Assembly: GCA_964016885.1 (NCBI GenBank)
Contig: OZ024741.1
Location: forward strand, 309,318,001-309,382,000
Source of the DNA: Eledone cirrhosa
Taxonomy: Eukaryota
Length of the DNA stretch: 64,000 nt
Direction of reading: 5' to 3'
Position 1 is the stretch's first letter, and every line of letters begins with the position of its first letter. The notes under the pieces are model-generated. The model had not been told where the DNA came from. It searched no databases and saw nothing but the letters and a program-made list of their open reading frames with translations. Of this stretch, positions 1 through 11,795 are shown piece by piece. Position numbers and translations under genes: made by a program.

Positions 1-68
<68 letters not shown>

Positions 69-179
69 GTGTGTGTGTGTGCGAGTCCCGGGTTCAATCG
101 GGGGGTAACCACAGTAAGTGATGATTTCCTTCGAATGAAACAGTTCTGGTCCTGTAGAAGTTATTTCTATATTAAATAA

Positions 180-217
<38 letters not shown>

Positions 218-248
218 GAGTTTCCACTTTCTTACAAACATTTAAGTG

Positions 249-289
<41 letters not shown>

Positions 290-291
290 AT

Positions 292-768
292 ATGTATTTG
301 TCCCCCTTCTTTTGTGCCCCTGTGGCTAATAAAGAAACATATCTATCTATCTATCTATCTATCAGGATGGAGAGAGAGGTGCTGTACCCCAGCAAGTTTT
401 ATGAAAGGTGGGTGAAAGTGGCGAGAATGGCCCGAGTGAATGGGCCTTCTCTCTATATCAGCCTGTAGATTGAGGAAAAGGAGGAGGAGAGGAAAGGAGT
501 ACAAGCTCTTCGTACTCCTGGAGATGAGGGTTGCACATTTTTTTCGGGGGTATGTGTTACCCATATAAACTGTCTCCCTCTATTGGGGAAAATCGACTAA
601 CTTTTAAATTCCATCTGTGATAACATTTTACACGTTTTTATTGTATGTAAACTTCCCCCTTTGTATTTGTCCCCTTCTTTTGTGCCCCTGTGGCTAATAA
701 AGAAATATATCTATCTATCTATGTATTTGTCCCCTTCTTTTGTGCCCCTGTGGCTAATAAAGAAACAT
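292..768 (+). mobile_element. Three stacked 5'-truncated 3' ends of a Tx1-clade LINE (292-340, 361-708, 721-768) within an (ATCT)n tract
   Basis: 361-468 is nearly identical to the end of the ORF at 63743-63849 ([20 protein letters not shown]). All three pieces end in GGCTAATAAAGAAA(C/T)AT followed by (ATCT)n. Confidence 0.9.
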
Positions 769-889
769 ATCTATCTATCTATCTATCTATAGCTGACTAA
801 CTGGCTAGATAGATAGATAGATTGAGAGAGAGAGAGATAGGGGGAGGAGAAAGAGAGGTAGAAAAAAACGTATATATATATGTATATAG

Positions 890-937
<48 letters not shown>

Positions 938-959
938 AAGTATATATATATGTATGTAA

Positions 960-999
<40 letters not shown>

Positions 1000-1000
1000 T

Positions 1001-1063
<63 letters not shown>

Positions 1064-1890
1064 ACCTGTATATTATATTTCGTCTGTGACATTCAGCAAT
1101 AGGAGTAGCAATATTTTAATCTATATACCGTGATGAAATAACTGGGGCGTGTATATTTATTTATCTATCTTTTATTTTATTTATTTATCAAATATTTTCT
1201 AACCTTATTCTCGATAGCTTTATATATTTATTTATTTACATTATTTTCGTTACACCTTCCCCTCAGGCCTCTACGCTTCTCCACTCTCCCACCTTTCTCT
1301 CCTTAGTGTTTATTTGTTTGCCTACCTGTCCGATGGTCTGTTTGACTGACTGCCTGTTTGTCCAGCCATGCAAGTCAGTTTGAAGACATTACAATCGGAA
1401 GATGGGACTTAAAAAATCGTTTCTTTCTCCATGCTCACACACACACTCTCACATTCCCTCTTTCTCTCTCTCTCCCCACATACCACCTCTCCGGATCACC
1501 TGTTGTTCCACCTGATTTTTTAAAATTTTATTTGCATGGAACATGTATATATATAAACATATATATACTCACACACATACACATTTGTAGTAGAAAAACA
1601 AAAAACATATATGTACATGTATAGATTCTCACATTAACGCACACGTATATAGCGATATAGATAGATATCTATAGGCGTACTTTTAAAATTTTAATTTCGT
1701 GAAAAGTATATCAACTTATATAAACACATATTACAAAATTACACGCCGCGTATACCTTGTATTAGAAAAAAAGTGTGTGTGTTTATATACATCATATATA
1801 TAGATATATTTATACACACTTATTTTTTTTAATAAGTATATAAACATACATAACTCCCAGAAACTCATACACAGACTCATATATATATAT

Positions 1891-1930
<40 letters not shown>

Positions 1931-1989
1931 CGTACATATAATATACATACATACAATATATATAGATACGTACATACATTATATATACA

Positions 1990-2028
<39 letters not shown>

Positions 2029-2214
2029 ATATATATATATACAATATATATATATATATATATACTTACATACAATATAGTTTATTATATATTCATACAT
2101 ACAATATATATATACATACGTACAATATATATACGTACATACTATATATATATATATACATACAATATATATACATATATACAATATATATACATATATA
2201 CAATATACATATAT

Positions 2215-2249
<35 letters not shown>

Positions 2250-2575
2250 GCGTACATACAATATTTCTATGGATATGCCGACGATAACAAACACAAGTCT
2301 TTCGGAAGGATTTATATATACATATATACTTTCATAATTGATTATATATATATTTTGTTATCAACAAATTATTTATTTTTTCGCCTGCATAAAATTGGAT
2401 AAAAAAAAAAAAACGAATCAAATCCCATTTGGAACGAAAGAATAATAACAACAACGACAACAACAATAATTATAATTTATTAATTCTTTAATTATTTTGT
2501 TGTTGGTGGTGGTGTTGTTTAGTAAATGTATTTTTTGAAATATCGTCGCATAAATTTCGGAGTTGGATATTAAAA

Positions 2576-2765
2576 ATGCAAACTGCAAAGTCCGGCTTTG
2601 GCGCCGGTTCCGTGTTGGTTCTTTTGTTATGTGGTTTGGTGCCAGGTGCATTCGGCCAGGATGAAGATAATGGTAAAGTTATAGCTGCCACCGTCTTCAT
2701 TACTATAATCGTAATATTGATTATTGCTGGAATTATTTGGTGTGTTCTGAGAAGATATCAAAAGA
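2576..2765 (+). CDS. First coding exon of a single-pass type I membrane protein (signal peptide, very short ectodomain, TM helix); product unknown
   Basis: AAAATG start context. Hydrophobic leader ends AFG|Q, then QDEDNGK, then ~23 hydrophobic residues (VIAATVFITIIVILIIAGIIWCVL), then RRYQK stop-transfer. Canonical GTAAGT donor at 2766 (phase 1). No downstream exon recognised. Confidence 0.75.
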
Positions 2766-3189
2766 GTAAGTGTTTACTTTTTCTATCTTTTTTATATTTA
2801 TTTGTTTTTTTATTAACAATCAAATTCATTAAATTAATTCGGTTGAAGCACTCCTGTTCATTTTTTTTTTTTCATTCCCAAGGCGACGTTACCTGAAATA
2901 TTTGTAGTGATCTATTATTGTAGTTATCTATTAACACTGGGACGACTACATTTCAAAATTCAAATTTCCCCAGTGTTTTTTAAAGTCAACCGGATATTCA
3001 CATCATTATACGTAGTATTTTGCATACTTTACCCGATGTTCTCAACAATTATTTATAGCGAGGAGTTATTGTTATGGTCATTTGCTTTGGGGTGCGCACA
3101 TTTCAAATATTCATTCGTTCGTTTCTCATATCTCTTGAATGCTGGCAGATCTTCAACTTAATTCAAGCTTTGGAACCTCTAGTTATAAC

Positions 3190-3270
3190 AAATGACCAAG
3201 GCTTCTTTCAAATTTAAGTCTCTAAGACTTTACTAAAAAAATCTTGCTGTTCTTAACAAGGCTTTTTTTT
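3190..3270 (-). mobile_element. 3'-terminal relic of an R4/Dong-like non-LTR element
   Basis: Minus strand reads ALLRTARF/SKVLET*, resembling the ALLGTARILRKVL C-terminus of R4-type ORFs. Short and frameshifted. Confidence 0.45.
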
Positions 3271-3284
3271 TGTAGTGTGTATGC

Positions 3285-4025
3285 GCATAAATAGTGTGGG
3301 GTGCTCTAAAATCAGTTCCCTTGTCATTAAGAATCAGATCCGCTGGGTAGGGCATCTTGTTCGCATGAATGACTCAAAGCTTTTATGGTGACTTTGTGCA
3401 AGGAAAAAGACCACAGAATAGGTCTAAGAAAAGGTACAAAGATTATATTGAGGAGAGTGTAAAATGTCTGGATATAAGAAAAGAAAGCTCTTGATTGTAA
3501 TACATGGAGAAATACAATTAAATCAGAGTGTTTTGGATGAAACGAAAAAATAAAATAAAAGCAGGGCTAAAACGGGCACCAAGAAAGGCTGAGTTGGTAG
3601 GGCTTGAAAATGTTGATTATTGGGATGTAATTTCTGTCGCCATGACCTTCTCTCTAAATCTGGTTTTGTAAACCATATGAAAACACATGAACAGACAATG
3701 ACACGGGCAGATTATATTGTAAATCTCCTTGCACCTCCAGATGTGACTACTTGTCAAATTTGTAGCAAGATATATAAGAGAACCTCCGGGTTAAAACGCT
3801 ATATGAGGGTTCATCAACATAAAATTCCACAACCTGACCCAATAAACCCAGTACCTACACTGGCATGCATCTGTTACTTGTGCCAAAGACCTTGTAAATC
3901 AGTTACTGGATTGAAAAGTCACCTCCGTGCACACGAGAACCTTCTCGTGTGCACGGAGGTAAATTTGCTGGACGGATTGAGATGATGTTGAGACGGTTAT
4001 CATCTGACAAGATGAAGCAATCATC
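3285..4025 (+). mobile_element. Decayed RTE-clade LINE 3' fragment ending in three C2H2 zinc fingers
   Basis: QIRWVGHLVRMND..GKRPQNRSKKRYKD (RTE C-terminal signature) at ~3333-3443. ORF 3620-3985 has CNFC..HMKTH, CQIC..YMRVH and CYLC..HLRAH. Confidence 0.75.
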
Positions 4026-4099
4026 ATGTTTTTGTTTCTATTCCGAGCTTCCCAAGCCAATCCCTTAATTTCCTTGACGTCGTTATTATTATTATTACT

Positions 4100-4275
4100 A
4101 GAGCATCGGACATGCTTTGTGACATATAGTTACGACCCTTTGCGTTCTGAGTTCAAATCCCGCCGAGGTTAGCTTTGCCTTTCACCCTTACGGGGTCGAT
4201 AAAATAAAGCACCAGTAATTCACTGGGGTCGATTTAATCAACTTCCCCCTCTGCCCAAAATTGCTGGCCTTATTA
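4100..4275 (+). mobile_element. tRNA-derived SINE family A with (ATT)n tail
   Basis: B-box-like GAGTTCAAATCCCGCC and body GGGGTCGATAAAATAAAG..CCAGT..TTGCTGGCCTT. Further copies at about 7108-7280(-), 9548-9640(-), 10047-10228(-), 10846-10937(-), 11572-11710(+), 38226-38420(-), 41450-41590(+), 43950-44080(-), 47030-47402, 53014-53147(+), 57235-57880(+, several) and 58665-58858(-). Confidence 0.85.
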
Positions 4276-4369
4276 TTTTTTATAGTGATTCCTTAGTTAT
4301 CATGGTTGTACAACGCTGTTAATAAACCTAGGTCGACTCACCCTCGATAATTTCTAGAAATAGAAATTA

Positions 4370-4860
4370 TCAGATGCAAAATGTTGGCCCCCCTCCAAGT
4401 CTGGTAATAAGCCCAAGTCAAATGTAAGCTGCATGCCCCCACCTCTCCAAATCTGGTAATAGACTCAACTAAAATGTAAAATGTAGGCCCTACTTCCAGT
4501 TTGGTACTAGCCCCAGGTCAAATGTAAAACGTGAACCCCACCTCTAATCTGGTATGAGGCTCTAGTTAGATGTAAACTGTCGATCCTACCTTCAGTCTGA
4601 TAATCGGCTTTAGTCAGGTGTAACATGCATGCCCCATTTCTTCAAATCTGATTAGATGCAAGTTGCAAATCAGATTAGATGCAAGTTGCATGCCCCCCCC
4701 AAATCAAATAATAGTCCCAGACCAGATATAAAATGTGTGCTTCCGCTAAATCTGGTCAAATATGAAATGTCGCCCCCAAAATCGATTATAGTCGCAGGTT
4801 AAATGTGGAATGTGTGCCCTAAAATTTGGTAAAAGACCAACGTCGGGTGTGAAATGTAGA
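4370..4860. repeat. Old degenerate tandem repeat, unit about 50-58 bp
   Basis: Recurrent AAATGTAA..TG..CCCC..AATCTGGTAATAG..CC motif, about 9 copies. Confidence 0.7.
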
Positions 4861-5260
4861 ATGTGTTTCAAATTGCACATTAAGTATCTTAGTAACTAGC
4901 GTTAATTACACATGATTTATGAGTTATTTGTATTTGATGTATTTACAAGTAGCAAACACAGTAAAAAAGAATTAGAACTTGAATGGAGTATTGCCCACCC
5001 CACTCTAAATCATGGCCCATGCCAACTGATCGTCCTCTTCTGGTATGCTTGTACTTTTACTAATTAACACTTCTGATATCAACCCTGCCAAAAACCAGCT
5101 CTGGTTCCATGAAACAAATCTATCCATTTTAAAAGGTTCCTATTTAAATTAAAATCGTCCAACATAATTTTATATAAGACCCATGTTATGTTACTATCTT
5201 AGTAATGAAATAAGTAGTAATTTTAGTAAAGCACTCTATATTATTCATTAATTCATTAAT

Positions 5261-5436
5261 TACCGTATTTCCCTGTGTCGAAGACGCTACTTCTTTCCTA
5301 AAATAAGTCTAAAAAATATACCATGCGTCCTGGAGGCCTAAGATTGTTTATTATTTTTTTCTTTTAACATTTTGGGTTGTCAAAATTAGGGTGCGTTTTC
5401 GAGGACGAAGCGTTTTCGGCGCCTGGAAATACGGTA
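5261..5436. mobile_element. Tc1/mariner-superfamily (pogo-like) MITE
   Basis: TA-CCGTATTTCC ... GGAAATACGG-TA terminal inverted repeats with TA duplication. Confidence 0.8.
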
Positions 5437-5903
5437 ATTGAAATTGGTGGAGGTTTTTTAACACAGAATATCACATATATGAGACTCAACTGTATTAAGG
5501 TAGTCGGTCTGACAGGGTCGTTAAAACGTTAGGTATTTGTTCTGAGTTCAAATCCCACCGCGACATTTTTTGCATTCCCTCCTTTAGAAATCGATAAAAA
5601 AAAGTGCTAGGTTAGTGTTGGTCCAGCCCTTTCTATTTCCAACTATCATATCCTGGATGTCTCACTGGATCAAGAAATGAAAAGCGGAGAAAGTATCTGT
5701 GTCTGCTCGAGACTGCATGGGCACCCTAAAACCCTTAGCGAAAGCATGTTACATAATACCAAGTCATGCTCGATTATGAGTGACAGCTGTAGTGTTTTTA
5801 GTTTTTATTGTATTTGTATTTAGTATTCAAGACAACACCCTCAAGCATTTTTCTAGTCATGTTATTCGCTTACTTTCCCACCTATGTGTGTGTGTGTTGA
5901 TGT

Positions 5904-5962
5904 AGATATCGAAGCGAATAGCATACGCTTCACTGATGAGGTCTAATAAGATCGAAACATCT
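5904..5962 (+). ncRNA. Hammerhead ribozyme-like motif, type III topology, degenerate
   Basis: AGATATC / GAAGCG-9nt-CGCTTC (stem I) / a / CTGATGA / GGTC-TAATAA-GATC (stem II) / GAAA / CATCT, which pairs back with AGAT. Confidence 0.6.
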
Positions 5963-6399
5963 TTCACCGGTTGGCTTTAAAGACGAGATCAACATGGCAT
6001 TGTCTATATTGTTCGACCGAAGGATAGTCATCTCTTTTCTAGATTTTAGTTTTTAAACACTCACGAAGGAGTTTTTGAGGCACTAAATTCTCGGGTATTA
6101 TCAGTAAGCAGGGTTTTTTTTAAATCACTATATTATATGTGTATGAGCCTATCATGGTTTTATGAAAGAAAGGGAACGAAGCGTCCAAGTAGACATCCAC
6201 TTGGCCTCGGATCGAACACACAGCCCCACAGATACCATATTACTCTTATTGCCAAGCTTAAGTACTGCTTTGTCTCTCAGTTCTAATTTATTGCCTGCTG
6301 ATGCACGTTGGGGATGGGGCCCATTCATGCGGACCATTTTCGCTACTCTCATTACCAGGAGGAGAAGGAGGAGGGCCTCCATCGATCATGATTGACCAT

Positions 6400-6571
6400 G
6401 GTGGGACCTGGAAAGTTCCTCTCCAGTACTCAACCCTGGCCAAGATGTTTTGTGGTAGACCAGCAGTCGCCCATGTATTCTAGGTTCTCTCCTCCACGCC
6501 ACCGATGTTATCCAAGGGAAAGGCAAACCTATACAACTTGGTACCAGTGACGTCGCAACTCCCATATGCAC

Positions 6572-6618
<47 letters not shown>

Positions 6619-6800
6619 GTATACACTATTACATCTACACAATATATTATGTTGTCCAAGGGAAAGGCCGATACAGTTGTGTCTTTGCAACTTATTTTTC
6701 CAGCTGTGTGGACTGGAGCAATGGGAAATAAAGTATCTTGGAACTCTAACTCACGGCCTTAATGTTGTGAGCCCAAAACATAGACCTCTAAACCACGCAT
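6400..6800 (-). mobile_element. SINE family B copy, interrupted by (GT)n
   Basis: Shared CAGCTG.GTGGACTGGAGCAA..GAAATAAAGT.TCTT segment. Related copies at about 38510-38740, 41050-41260 and 58895-59195. Confidence 0.6.
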
Positions 6801-6809
6801 CTGCACAAA

Positions 6810-6915
6810 CTTCAATCAGTGAATTCACTCGAGGACAGCACCTGTCTCTCCACACCTTCCTTCTCAAGTGAAAGTTGATGAAGATGCTGAGGGCTTGATC
6901 CAGTCTCAGATAAAA
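6810..6915 (-). mobile_element. Old Tx1-type LINE C-terminal fragment
   Basis: Minus strand gives FINFHLRRKV..RQVLSSSEF, aligning with FFKFHLKRKIRVERKVLSSQHF of ORF 52426-52707. Confidence 0.6.
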
Positions 6916-7502
6916 CATCAAACAAAATAGATACCTGCTTAGAGCCCCAATTAAAGATGTGACATAATGTTTTAAGTGTTTAAGATCTCTTAAGGTTTTA
7001 ATCCGGGCCTAGCTTGGCCAAAGACGAATGTGTCTTTCTTCAGTACTTTCAACCTTGTCCACCATACAACCTCATTCGCCATAGCTACCTGGTAGCGGAT
7101 AATAATGGTTTCTAATTTAGGCACAAGGCCAGCAATTTTGAGGGAGGGGAAAGTCGATTAAATCAACCCGTGCGTTGCTGGCACCCCGTAATGATGAAAG
7201 GCAAAGCTAACCTCGGCGGGATTAGAACTCAGAATGTAAAGGGACCGTAATTACAGCAAGGTATTTTGTCCTGACACTCAACTAACATGGGCACAAGCTC
7301 TCATATTTTGGGGAAAGCAATAGTCACTAAGTATGGATCCCCAATATTTTATATACATGACCACATTCCATGTGAATCGAAATGGAATTAATGGATTTCA
7401 CTGGATTACTCGCCATCAGATTACATTGAGTTCTATCTACGGTACGGACCCTACCACCAAGGGTAGACCACATCGTAAAACTAGTATATGAATAATGTAT
7501 AC

Positions 7503-8170
7503 ATCATCATCATCATTTTTACGTCCCCGCTCCCCTTTCCATGCTTCCGTTGCATAGGCTCCAGCACAGCTTTCCTTCACATGGCGTGTTCTTTCGTCAT
7601 CTCGTCTGGGAGGTTCACTAATTCTGCCCAGGCTTTTCTCGGTCTTTTATTTCTGCTATTTCCAGTGCCGGATTTACCATTGTGTTTAGGTGTGCTTTAC
7701 GCACAGGGCCCCGTTGTCCAGGGGCCCAACCTCCTGCTCCAAAAATGTATTACGATGAATTTTTCAAATGTTTGGGGCCTCATAGCTTAACTAGCACAGG
7801 ACCTCATTTGTCCTAAATCCGGCACTGGGTGTTTCCTTCCACTAAGAACTGCTGGCATTTTGTCAACCAACAGCCATCATTCATACACATCACATGTCCT
7901 TACCATGGCAACCTTTTCTCTTGCACGAAATAACTGATTACCTTTATGGCCAGTAATTCCTTCAATTCTTCTGTGCTTCATCGTTCAGTTACACTAACAT
8001 TACCGATACAGTGGAGCGGCGGGCTAGCCTCGTTATTTTCTAACCTTGGCATATCCTCTGTATTAAATTCCCATGTGTCATTGCACTTCGTACGCAGATA
8101 TAATATAACATTCTCTTCACCCGGAGAGAGAATCCCTTTATTACCAGCAGAAGTAGTATCTCCCTAAACT
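7503..8170 (-). mobile_element. Decayed RTE-type LINE 3' portion
   Basis: Minus strand reads VQEKRLPW*GHVMCMNDGC..KC....VEG..RPRKAW, with a (GAT)n tail at ~7503-7514. Confidence 0.7.
7663..7827. mobile_element. hAT-like MITE inserted in the RTE fragment
   Basis: TIRs CAGTGCCGGATTTA / TAAATCCGGCACTG. Flanks GCTATTTC and GGTGTTTC look like a degenerate 8-bp TSD. Confidence 0.75.
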
Positions 8171-8409
8171 TTTTTCACACAAAATATAGAATAACGACAA
8201 AAAAAAAAAAAAAAAAAAAAAAGTAATGATGATGGTATCCGAACCAAAGTTTTGTGCGTGCTATGATTTAAATGATGCGTAATGTTTTTTCACTTCACAC
8301 CAGGGAACACTTCTATGTATGACGAGTTTTCTATAAATTACGTAAACGTCGTGTCTCTCTCAATCTAAGACCCATGCGTGTGTGCACATGCATGCATAAA
8401 CACACACAC

Positions 8410-8458
<49 letters not shown>

Positions 8459-8626
8459 GACAGACAGACAGCTCCCCAGTTCTTCGAGAAATGGGTGCGA
8501 TAGCTAGCACCTTCAAAATTTACAAAACATTCTTAGGATTCAAGGGGTAACAATTTCTTTTTTTTACAACCTAGTAAGACAATTATTCAACAATATATAT
8601 ACATATATATATACATATATATATAT

Positions 8627-8834
8627 AAAATAGAATAGCTTTCACCGTATTTTTGACTAAAGGAATTTTAGCCTGATAATGGGGTTTAGAACCCTCAGAT
8701 AAATGGAAAAAGATGAGTATTGACGTACATGGGGGCGTCAATACTCATCTTTTTCCATTTATCTGAGGGTTCTAAACCCCATTATCAGGCTAAAATTCCT
8801 TTAGTCAAAAATACGGTGAAAGCTATTCTATTTT
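8627..8834. repeat. Perfect inverted repeat, 99-bp arms with 10-nt spacer
   Basis: 8627-8725 is the reverse complement of 8736-8834. Flanked by (TA)n. Confidence 0.95.
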
Positions 8835-8874
8835 CTAATTTCAAACCTGCTCACTGTTTCAAAACATACTTATT

Positions 8875-8932
<58 letters not shown>

Positions 8933-9074
8933 CTCTCTATTGCGTGTTCCAGCTGACGGGATGAGGCCATGGTGGGGCACCGCTATATATGTTTATATAT
9001 ATATAGTTGAGAGTCAGAGCCCGATGGCTGAGATCTTGCAGTTTCTACACCAAATATAATCCTGATACATACTT

Positions 9075-9078
9075 TATG

Positions 9079-9135
<57 letters not shown>

Positions 9136-9145
9136 AATATTTATT

Positions 9146-9180
<35 letters not shown>

Positions 9181-9196
9181 ATATATATAATAATAA

Positions 9197-9237
<41 letters not shown>

Positions 9238-9449
9238 ATATTTATTTATTTATATATATATATATATAATAATATTTATTTATTTATATATATATATATA
9301 ATAATATTTATTTATTTATATATATATATATATAATAATATTTATTTATATATATATATATATATAATAATATTTATTTATATATATATATATAATATTT
9401 ATTTATATATATATATATATCTATAATAATATATATATATATATAATAA

Positions 9450-9527
<78 letters not shown>

Positions 9528-9723
9528 TATATATATATATATATAATAATTGTTTCTACTTTAGGCACAAGGCCAGCAATTACACAGTTCATTACTGGTA
9601 TTTTATTTTATCGACCCTGTAAGGATGAAAGGCAAAGTCAAAATAATAATATTTATATATATGTATATATATATATATAATAATAATATTTATATATATA
9701 TATATATATAATAATTATATATA

Positions 9724-9755
<32 letters not shown>

Positions 9756-9803
9756 AATTATATATATATATGTATATATATATATAATAATAATAATTAT
9801 ATA

Positions 9804-9842
<39 letters not shown>

Positions 9843-9854
9843 ATAATTATATAA

Positions 9855-9885
<31 letters not shown>

Positions 9886-10350
9886 ATAATAATTATATAA
9901 ATATGTATGTATATATATATATATATATAATAATAATATTTATATATATATGTATATATAATAATAATATTTATATATATATGTATATATATATAGATAT
10001 AATAATAATATTTATATATATATGTATGTATATATATATATATCTAATTGTTTCTACTTTAGGCACAAGGCCAGCAATTACCCAGTGCATTACTGGTACA
10101 TTATTTTATCGACCCCATAAGGGTGAAAGTCAACCTCGGCCGATTTGAACTCAGATCGTAAAGGGACGTAACTATGCTGGAAAGCATGGCGTCAAACTCT
10201 CTACCGATACTGCCAATACACCGCCCTATAATAATAATATATATATATAATAATAATATTTCTCTATATATAATAATATATATATATATATATATAATAT
10301 ATATATAATATATATATATAATATATATATATAATATATATATAATATAA

Positions 10351-10397
<47 letters not shown>

Positions 10398-11062
10398 ATA
10401 TATATATAATATAATATATATATATATAATATAATATATATATATATAATATAATATATATATATATAATATAATATTTCTCTATATATATAATATAATA
10501 TTTCTATGTATATATAATATAATATTTCTATGTATATATAATATAATATTTCTATGTATATATAATATAATATTTCTATATATATATATAATATAATATT
10601 TCTATATATATATATATAATATAATATTTCTATATATATATATAATATAATATAATATTTCTATATATATATATAATATAATATTTCTATATATATATAT
10701 AATATAATATTTCTATATATATATATAATATGATATTTCTATATATATATAATAAAATATTTCTATATATATATATATAATAATATTAATATTTCTATAT
10801 ATATATATAATAATAATAATATTTCTATATATATATATAATAATAATTGTTTCTACTTTAGGCACAAGGCCAGCAATTACCCAGTGCATTACTGGTACTT
10901 TATTTTATCGACCCCGTAAGGTTGAAAGGCAAAGTCAATAATAATATTTCTATATATATATAATAATAATATTATATATATATATATAATAATAATGATA
11001 ATAATAATATTTCTATATATATATAATCATATTTATATATATATAATAATATTTATATATAT
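9075..11062. repeat. TA/TAA-derived low-complexity satellite with embedded SINE A fragments
   Basis: (TA)n with TAATAATATTT and ATATTTCT units. Confidence 0.9.
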
Positions 11063-11232
11063 AAACAATGAGTTATTTGGTTTGTTGATTATTCAACAGA
11101 ATTAACTTACAAAAGATTAGAAGCACTCAACGATATTTATCCGGAGTATCATTAATATCAATAATATTAATAAATGGAAAATATAAATATATAAGAACCA
11201 TAGAGCAAATATTTATTAAAATAACAGATTAA

Positions 11233-11282
11233 AGTTTAAGCAAAGAATCGCTGCTTTCACCCTTAACGGGATCTTCTGAAAC
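11233..11282 (-). ncRNA. Variant type I hammerhead-like motif (CAGAAGA core)
   Basis: GTTT-CAGAAGA-T-CCC-GTTAA-GGG-T-GAAA-GCA-9nt-TGC-TT-AAAC. Confidence 0.55.
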
Positions 11283-11363
11283 AAAAAAAAAATCAATCTG
11301 TGAACGCAGAAGTAAATATTTCGAAAAACGTTGCAACCGAAGGAAGACAGGAAGACGATACTT

Positions 11364-11795
11364 TGGTTCGTGGAAACGTTCCCTGGCAAAGAACGGAAAA
11401 AATCGAAGATAATACGTCATTATTTGGAACGTTGAAAACAATTACACGCAAAGACAAAACCACGTTTATGGTATAAATGAAGTCGTAGACTAATATTCTA
11501 TTAGGTGGTTCGTGGAGACGTTCTCTGGCAATGAACGGAAAAAACGAAGATAATATGTCATTATGTGTAGCACAGAGTTACGCCCCTTTCTGATCTGAGT
11601 TCAAATCCTGCCGAGGTTAACTTTGCCTTTCATCCTTACAGGGTCGATAAAATAAAGTACCAGTAATGCACTGGGTAATTGCTGGCCTTGTGCCAAAAGT
11701 AGAAACAATTATGTGTAGCGTTGAGAACAATTATACGCAAAGACAAAACCACGTTTATGGTATAACTGAAGTCGTAGACTAAAATTCTATTTAGG
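11364..11795. repeat. ~143-bp tandem duplication; second unit interrupted by a SINE A with a 12-bp TSD
   Basis: TGGTTCGTGG..GTCGTAGACTAA occurs twice. ATTATGTGTAGC is at 11560-11571 and 11708-11719. Confidence 0.85.

Noticed and set aside
797-2184. YIYI/CVCV-type ORFs here and throughout the window
   Set aside because: Translations of (TA)n, (GT)n and trinucleotide microsatellites.
2766-2896. Second hydrophobic stretch of ORF 2576-2896
   Set aside because: It lies after a consensus GTAAGT donor and is T-rich intron read-through.
4145-4170. tRNA gene suggested by GTTCAAATCCC
   Set aside because: It is the B box of a multicopy SINE and no cloverleaf is present.
4370-4860. CRISPR-like array
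   Set aside because: Eukaryotic context, no invariant repeat with unique spacers, and no cas genes.
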